The notes beneath the pieces are model-generated. The model made no database searches. It was not told the DNA's origin and saw only the letters and a program-made list of their open reading frames with translations. Below are positions 58,727 to 64,000 of a DNA stretch of 64,000 nucleotides, one piece after another. The DNA lies in NCBI GenBank assembly GCA_022508285.1, contig JAFLVN010000007.1, positions 999 to 64,998 of the forward strand. Direction: 5' to 3'. How positions within the stretch are numbered: the first letter of the stretch is position 1; every line of letters begins with the position of its first letter. Source of the DNA: Clostridiales bacterium. GTDB taxonomy: Bacteria > Bacillota > Clostridia > Christensenellales > Borkfalkiaceae. The translations under genes were made by a program, and so were the position numbers.

Positions 58727-59374
58727 CTACCATATAAAATTAGCCTTTGCGTCTTCGCCGTTGTCAACGAGAATATCCTGAGCGGTCATGGAACGGTTTA
58801 TAACGGTCAAAAAATATGCCCACTCGGCGATTTCTTCGGGCTCTGCCCACTTTTTAAGCAACGTTTCGTCCATTACCTTTTGCCAGAGCTTGGGGTCGTT
58901 CATAACGTGGTCGTTGAGCGCCGTTTTAACTCCGCCCGGTGAAAGGCTGTTGGAGTTAGCGCCGTATTTTGCAACCCGCAGGGCAACGTTTTTCATGTAG
59001 GCTACCATGCCGCCCTTGCTTGCGGCGTACTCGGGGAACTCCGCACCCGTTCTTGCGCTCGAAGAGGCGATAAACAGCACGCTTTTAATATTTTTTTGCA
59101 GAGCGTACTTCTCGGTAATGCGGATACTGCCTTTTAAATTTACGTCGATATCCCGTCCGGAATCCTGCACTCCTGCGTTGTTAATTAAAATTTCCACGCC
59201 CCCGATTTCGGGCAATTCCCCCGCATATATGTCCGTTTGAACGTGAAAATAGCGCTCATTTCGGATAGCTGCAGGCAGTACGTCAAACCCTGTAACCTCG
59301 TGCCCGCACGACAGAAATTTTTGGGCAATTGCCCTGCCTATTCCCTTACTCGTCCCCGTTATCAGCACTTTCAT
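58727..59374 (-). CDS. Short-chain dehydrogenase/reductase (classical SDR)
   Basis: TGTSKGIGRAIA, NNAG and YAASK motifs. 215 aa. GGAGG SD site 6 nt upstream. The start lies 29 nt inside the 3' end of yhhQ. Confidence 0.85.
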   Translation of the reverse strand: MKVLITGTSKGIGRAIAQKFLSCGHEVTGFDVLPAAIRNERYFHVQTDIYAGELPEIGGVEILINNAGVQDSGRDIDVNLKGSIRITEKYALQKNIKSVLFIASSSARTGAEFPEYAASKGGMVAYMKNVALRVAKYGANSNSLSPGGVKTALNDHVMNDPKLWQKVMDETLLKKWAEPEEIAEWAYFLTVINRSMTAQDILVDNGEDAKANFIW

Positions 59375-60116
59375 GTTCCGCCTCCTTCAACTTCAAATAT
59401 TCCTCGCCTACACCGTTTTTCTTCCACCGCCTCGTGATTGCGTACCCGGGATAAAAGAATAGCCCCTCGCATATCAGCTCAACAAGCATACCCGTGACGG
59501 CGCAGGTCACGCACTGCACAATCGTCCAGCCGAAAAAGAAATGGCTTACGAGTAGCGCAAATACAAGATTATCTATAAACTGCCCCACCGCCGTGGAAAC
59601 GTAAGTGCGCAGAACGAATGCAGTGAGCCCGTCGGGATTTTTTTTGAACAGCTTACCTATTCCGAAGTTTGACAGATTGTTTACGACAGCCGAAATTAAA
59701 AACGCCGCCGTACTGCCCAAAACCACATACCAGGTGCCGCCGAACGTTGCGTTCAGTGCGCCGTTCACCTGCTCTACGTTTTCTTGCCCATAAGCTTGTC
59801 CCCACGTACCGGGGACGACGCTGCCGATAAACAGCAGCAGACAGAAAAACAGATTTACTATAATCGCAAGCACCGTAAGCTCGGTTGCGGCTTTCGGACC
59901 GAAGCGTTTTGTTACTATATCCATTGTAAAAAAGGCAAACCAAGACACGAAAATTCCGCAGTCGAGCGCCAGCCAGTCCCAAGGGATATCAATGCTCTTG
60001 TTTGCCAAAAGATTCATTGAAAATACCGACATAATAAAGAGCGCCACCACAACTGAGGGAACGCTTTTTAAGAGTATGCGGAACTCTTTAAATTGCTTTT
60101 TTATTCTATTCAACAT
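59346..60116 (-). CDS. yhhQ: VUT-family queuosine-precursor transporter (YhhQ/DUF165)
   Basis: Polytopic 256-aa ORF with LANKSI, TMDIVTKRFG and STAVGQFIDNLVFALL, characteristic of DUF165. Confidence 0.75.
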   Translation of the reverse strand: MLNRIKKQFKEFRILLKSVPSVVVALFIMSVFSMNLLANKSIDIPWDWLALDCGIFVSWFAFFTMDIVTKRFGPKAATELTVLAIIVNLFFCLLLFIGSVVPGTWGQAYGQENVEQVNGALNATFGGTWYVVLGSTAAFLISAVVNNLSNFGIGKLFKKNPDGLTAFVLRTYVSTAVGQFIDNLVFALLVSHFFFGWTIVQCVTCAVTGMLVELICEGLFFYPGYAITRRWKKNGVGEEYLKLKEAEHESADNGDE

Positions 60117-60190
60117 AAAAACAAAAAGGGCGCAGTGCGCCCATCCCTTCCATAGTTTTGTTTATAGACAGGATGGTTTCGAACTGTCTG
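60117..60190 (-). promoter_or_regulatory. Probable preQ1-I riboswitch with a terminator expression platform
   Basis: The reverse strand reads AGACAG-TTCGAAACCATC-CTGTCT-ATAAACAAAACTATGG: a 6-bp P1, a 12-nt loop starting UUC, and an A-rich tail with AACAAAAC, as in known preQ1-I aptamers. Then comes GGGCGCA-c-TGCGCCC + TTTTTGTTTTT directly before the ATG. A TTGACA-17-TACAGT promoter lies about 25 nt upstream (about 60197-60225). Confidence 0.55.
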
Positions 60191-60250
60191 TCGATTTATA
60201 ACAAAAATACTGTAACACTTATATAGGTTTATGTCAAGTATATTGCTGAA

Positions 60251-60286
60251 AAAATAAAAAACCTTTCCCGAAGGAAAGGCTTTTTA
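60251..60286. terminator. Bidirectional hairpin terminator
   Basis: A-run, CCTTTCC-cgaa-GGAAAGG, T-run. A sister hairpin lies at 62821-62851. Confidence 0.65.
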
Positions 60287-60331
60287 TTATTGTTTAATTA
60301 TTTTACTTTACGATAATTTTACCAAGCTATA

Positions 60332-62353
60332 TTAGGCAATGGAAATTTCGAAGCTAACAGTTGCGGGAGCTTCGCCGTATTGGTAGTAGTTGACTATGAA
60401 GTAAACTTTATCACCTGCTTTTACCTCGCGGGTATAAGGCTCTTCATAATAGGGTGCATACATTGTCGAACCAGTCCAATCATCAAAGTTGCTTTTTGCC
60501 ATGAACGTTACACCTGCCGAATTACTAGCGCCTTCAGCGAACTTGAACGTAAACGTACCGTCTGTAGTTGCTGTAAATACGAAGTAAATTTCCGTCATAT
60601 TCTTAATCGAATCGCTGCCGACATGAGCTTCTTTGGGATCTTCCGGCGTAAGACCGCCACCGCCGCCGGCTGTTTTTAAGTCGATAAGCGTGAAGCTTAT
60701 AGTATCGCCGGAAGGATTGTACAGGTAGAGATCACAGTTCGAAGTGGGAGCAAACGGTATCATATCTCCGTCGTACATTGCAGCATCTCCGCCAAAGCCA
60801 TTCTTGAACATACCGTAGCCCCATGAGTAGAATATGATTACACAGTCATAGGAGTCTTCGCCTAATTCGATTTCATACATAGGATCAATCACATCAGTAT
60901 TACTGGGGACAGTAATCAATATTGCATTGGTTTTAAAAGTATGCTCACCTGCAAGGAGTCCATCATAAGGCACATACTTCTTATCTGAAGGGTCGAGATC
61001 GACATACGCAAGCGTTGCCGTTGTGTACTGACCTTCAACGGGACCGGATTCAAGACCGCCGTCGCCTTGATTATCTTCCTCTACAACAAGCGTAAGGAAA
61101 ATGTTATAAGCCTTATCTTGATCCAAAGTGCTCTTAGCAACAACCTTTAAGCCGAAAGACTTATCTACGGTTATTTCTATTTCTTGTTTACCGTTAAGAG
61201 GAGCAGCTACTGTATGATAGTGTTCTTCGGAATCGTATACCCAAATAGTTACGGACTTGATGGTTCCGGAATAGCCGCCCGACGATACTTCAAGCGTATA
61301 GCTTTCGCCGTCTTCGATTTTTTCGGACTCGGCGTAAACTACTTTAAACGCATCACCGGAATTAAGTTTCATAACGGTAAGCTCTTCGTTGGGTTCAAGC
61401 GTGTACGCGAATTCGGTGATAGATACGGTTACATCGAAAGATTTATCTTTTGCAGTATTATTGTCATCCTTTATCTGAGCAATTTCAATAATATCATCGG
61501 TAAATCCATTAATAATTATTCCATCGTTCGTTATATTTCCCCACTGATAAGTGCCGATAACGTTACCGTTGTTTTTAACACTTATTTTGGAGCTGTAGAA
61601 GTCACTGCTCATGTCTTCGCTTGAAAGCGTGAAAAAGTAAGTTACATCTTGTTTAACAGTTGCGCCGAGTTTAACCAATGCGGTTTCGCCCAATACGGGA
61701 ACTGTTAACGTTTTAGGCACGTCAACTTCGAGGATAATACCATTAAAAGGAACTGCCGTAAGGGTTACGGTTGTGGTTACTTCGGTGGTGGCATAAATCT
61801 CGATGTACTCTTCATTGGTAATGAATATAGTTGCAACAAGAGCGATATCTTCCTCGCCAACCAGTTCGAAGGGAGTTTCGGTTTCGCCTACGACTACGGT
61901 AACTGTTGCCTGACTGACAGACGGGGTCATAGCTAAGGTAACTGTATACTCGCCGGGCTCAACGTCGATAAGGTTGAACTTGGTAGCTTCCTCTTTGTCT
62001 GCGCCGATTACAACGTCTTCAACGGGCTCTTCAACAGACAGATCGTAGCTTTGATCATCCGGATTATCGGGATTGTCCGGATTGTCCGGATTATCGGGGT
62101 TGTCCGGATTATCGGGGTTGTCCGGATTGTCGGGGTTGTCCGGATTGTCCGGATTGTCCGGATTGTCGGGGTTGTCCGGATTATCGGGATTGTCCGGATT
62201 GTCGGGATTGTCCGGATCTTCTTGTTCTTGATTCTGATTGTCGCCACTGTTGTTACCGCCCTTGTTGTCGCCGCAAGCAGCAAAGGCTACCGAGCAAACA
62301 AGTGCAACAACCACGAGCAACAGAAGCAAATACTTTTTGATTGTTTTAAACAT
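60332..62353 (-). CDS. Surface lipoprotein with a (DNP)n linker and PPC/jelly-roll-like domains
   Basis: Signal peptide plus lipobox (VAFAAC), then about 17 Asp-Asn-Pro repeats and beta-rich domains. The C-terminal domain (IYFVFTATTDGTFTFKF...AGDKVYFIVNYY...ATVSFEISI) looks like a pre-peptidase C-terminal domain. Confidence 0.75.
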   Translation of the reverse strand: MFKTIKKYLLLLLVVVALVCSVAFAACGDNKGGNNSGDNQNQEQEDPDNPDNPDNPDNPDNPDNPDNPDNPDNPDNPDNPDNPDNPDNPDNPDNPDNPDDQSYDLSVEEPVEDVVIGADKEEATKFNLIDVEPGEYTVTLAMTPSVSQATVTVVVGETETPFELVGEEDIALVATIFITNEEYIEIYATTEVTTTVTLTAVPFNGIILEVDVPKTLTVPVLGETALVKLGATVKQDVTYFFTLSSEDMSSDFYSSKISVKNNGNVIGTYQWGNITNDGIIINGFTDDIIEIAQIKDDNNTAKDKSFDVTVSITEFAYTLEPNEELTVMKLNSGDAFKVVYAESEKIEDGESYTLEVSSGGYSGTIKSVTIWVYDSEEHYHTVAAPLNGKQEIEITVDKSFGLKVVAKSTLDQDKAYNIFLTLVVEEDNQGDGGLESGPVEGQYTTATLAYVDLDPSDKKYVPYDGLLAGEHTFKTNAILITVPSNTDVIDPMYEIELGEDSYDCVIIFYSWGYGMFKNGFGGDAAMYDGDMIPFAPTSNCDLYLYNPSGDTISFTLIDLKTAGGGGGLTPEDPKEAHVGSDSIKNMTEIYFVFTATTDGTFTFKFAEGASNSAGVTFMAKSNFDDWTGSTMYAPYYEEPYTREVKAGDKVYFIVNYYQYGEAPATVSFEISIA
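62059..62215 (-). repeat. 9-bp periodic coding microsatellite encoding (Asp-Asn-Pro) about 17 times
   Basis: GAC/GAT-AAT/AAC-CCG/CCC units, read manually from the reverse strand. Confidence 0.9.
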
Positions 62354-62513
62354 ACTTCTCCTCCATTAATTATTTTTCCAAAAAAGTATACTCCGGATAG
62401 AGTATTTTTATACATTTTATATGAATAGATGAATAAATAGTTACAATTCGCACAACATGCGATTATAATGTTGAAAATCGTATATTGTGCGACAATTACA
62501 ATTAAGGGGAAGT

Positions 62514-62729
62514 ATGTGTAGTTTACAAGAGATACAGTTAAGGCTGCGAGAGGTAATTAAGTCGAGCGGTATTCCGCAAAAGGAAATTGCACTTGCAATC
62601 GGAGTTTCGTATCAAACGGTGTCGAAATATATGTGCGATAATGTTTTTCCTGCGTTAGACACCTTTGCAAGGCTCTGCAAATATTTGGACGTAAAGTCTG
62701 ATTATGTGCTTGGGATTTCCAATTATTGA
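62514..62729 (+). CDS. XRE-family HTH regulator
   Basis: IPQKEIALAIGVSYQTVSKYMCDNVFPALDTFARLCKYL. I prefer the ATG at 62514 (AAGGGGA SD site) to the GTG at 62487. Confidence 0.8.
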   Translation: MCSLQEIQLRLREVIKSSGIPQKEIALAIGVSYQTVSKYMCDNVFPALDTFARLCKYLDVKSDYVLGISNY

Positions 62730-62820
62730 TGTACTCTCTAAATTAAAATAAGCGAAACGAACACAGGCGGACGTTCGCCGAACATCCGCCCTATTTCAAA
62801 ATGTAATAAAAAAGCGCAAT

Positions 62821-62851
62821 AAAAGACCTTTCCCTAAGGAAAGGTCTTTTA
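62821..62851. terminator. Bidirectional hairpin terminator
   Basis: AGACCTTTCC-ctaa-GGAAAGGTCT + TTTT. Confidence 0.65.
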
Positions 62852-62930
62852 TTGTTGTTCCGCTAATGCAACTTTGATTATTTTCTGCGCACGGAGAACA
62901 ATCACTCTAGAGTCAAACTGTTCACCAAAT

Positions 62931-64000
62931 TCACATGGGGATTTCAAGTTCTATGGGCTCAGACAGTTTGCCGGGAATAGGAGCATAATCGTCAATCTTG
63001 AATATTACGGTGTTGCCCAAGTTACAATAAAGTTGAATATAATACTTTGTGTTAGCCGTTAACGGTAACTTAGCGCCGTCAATCGGCTCAACTTCCTCCT
63101 CAAGCCCGACATACCAGCCCTGATCATTGTATCCTGTACCGGTTTCTGCACCAGTAAAATCCTGAATACCGAATATGCGATAGTCACCGCTCTCTTCGGG
63201 TGTAAACGCAAACCAAGCATTATCATCAGCCGTAAAGGTATAAGATACTTCTTCGCCTTTTAAAATTTTTATAGCAGCTTCAGGATGTGATCCGGGTGTA
63301 ACGTATTTTTCAAGAGTGAACTTAACGGGCGCACTGCTTGAAACAACACGAAGATAGCCATTTACATGTTGGGGAACGGTTATACAGTCACCGCTTGCTA
63401 CCTTGGTAAGCTCGGTAATTTTAGTGCCGCTGTAGTAAATTTCAGTGCCTTCGTCAACTGTAATAGTAAAAAGCTGTTCAGAAGACCCATTTGATGAAAG
63501 CCGGAAGTAAACGTCGGTTTTACCTTCGGGCCCGGTATGTGCGCCTATCAAATCGTCAGCGCCGACTTCTATAGGCATATACATATCACCTTCGGTGGGA
63601 GCTTCTGCCTCTTCAACCATAAGAATAAAGTGATAAGGGTCTTCAGTAACGGGGTTTAACTCGTTCCCATCATCGTGATGGATCGGAATGTTATTATATT
63701 GTAATGCAAAATTAACAGAATCTCCCCCATTGATCAGGAACAAAACAGACTCTTCGGTTTCAGCTAATGCTTCAGCACCATAGTCGCTATATTGGTTGAT
63801 AGTATCGTTTCCGGCAAGATAAGCCCAACTAAATGTGTACAGCTTGGCGTCGCCTGCGGGTGCAGTAAACTTGAAGACATGATTTCTTACATGATAGCTG
63901 TACCAACTATTATTATAATAAGTCTGAACTTCGATATAATATGCGCCGGTAGCAGTAATCGTATAGGGTTCACCTGAGCTTGTGACGTTAGATTCAGCGT
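62931..64000 (-). CDS. PPC/jelly-roll-like surface protein, paralogous in architecture to 60332..62353. It is partial: the N-terminus lies beyond the window end.
   Basis: The track starts it at a TTG at 63743, but manual translation shows the frame stays open to base 64000 (...YTITATGAYYIEVQTYYNNSWYSYHVRNHVFKFTAPAGDAKLYTF...). The C-terminal domain AWFAFTPEESGDYRIFG...TKYYIQLYCNLGNTVIFKI is PPC-like. Confidence 0.75.
   Translation of the reverse strand, partial: AESNVTSSGEPYTITATGAYYIEVQTYYNNSWYSYHVRNHVFKFTAPAGDAKLYTFSWAYLAGNDTINQYSDYGAEALAETEESVLFLINGGDSVNFALQYNNIPIHHDDGNELNPVTEDPYHFILMVEEAEAPTEGDMYMPIEVGADDLIGAHTGPEGKTDVYFRLSSNGSSEQLFTITVDEGTEIYYSGTKITELTKVASGDCITVPQHVNGYLRVVSSSAPVKFTLEKYVTPGSHPEAAIKILKGEEVSYTFTADDNAWFAFTPEESGDYRIFGIQDFTGAETGTGYNDQGWYVGLEEEVEPIDGAKLPLTANTKYYIQLYCNLGNTVIFKIDDYAPIPGKLSEPIELEIPM

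Noticed and set aside
62059-62215. Short tandem repeat that might be mistaken for a CRISPR-like array
   Set aside because: The period is 9 nt with no spacers, it lies inside a long ORF in frame, and there are no cas genes. It is a coding microsatellite.
62008-62428. ORFs 62008-62283 (-) and 62051-62428 (+) with RTI/IVR repeats
   Set aside because: They are out-of-frame or antisense translations of the DNP 9-nt repeat inside the lipoprotein gene.

Overview
This 64-kb window looks like chromosome from a Bacillota (Clostridia-like) genome. That guess rests on gene content, GGAGG-type ribosome-binding sites and TTGACA-17-TATAAT promoters. All family calls come from reading the translated ORFs and from memory of family motifs; no database search was run.

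Housekeeping backbone: rpoB-rpoC (separated from the usual ribosomal-protein neighbours), rqcP(yabO)-ispDF-radA, rpsF-ssb-rpsR, cca, a lipid kinase plus a PP2C phosphatase, dxs behind a NarL-type two-component system, a YggS homolog, flotillin, one tRNA-Arg(ACG), a heterodimeric ABC exporter pair (one gene frameshifted), and yhhQ behind a probable preQ1-I riboswitch.

Accessory content:
- Very large surface proteins: a partial beta-helix protein running off the left edge, and a 2406-aa membrane-anchored modular protein with no recognisable family.
- A lipoprotein with Cys-rich repeats and BspA-type leucine-rich repeats (LRR).
- Two tandem PPC-like lipoproteins, one running off the right edge.
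- Four small XRE-family helix-turn-helix (HTH) regulators, each divergently paired with a secreted or membrane protein gene. Two of these pairs are clear paralogs (XRE plus a ~70-aa single-TM protein).
- Two paralogous acidic proteins, one ending in a ribosomal uL15-like domain.

I saw no CRISPR array, transposase, integrase, phage genes or known defense system.

Best candidates for new biology:
- The duplicated XRE/small-TM-protein module.
- The array of tRNA-Arg fragments next to one copy of that module.
- The riboswitch-yhhQ-SDR operon, where the SDR (short-chain dehydrogenase/reductase) is a candidate queuosine-salvage enzyme.
- The uL15-like fusion family.
- The giant modular protein.
- A recurring leaderless promoter-to-ATG geometry.
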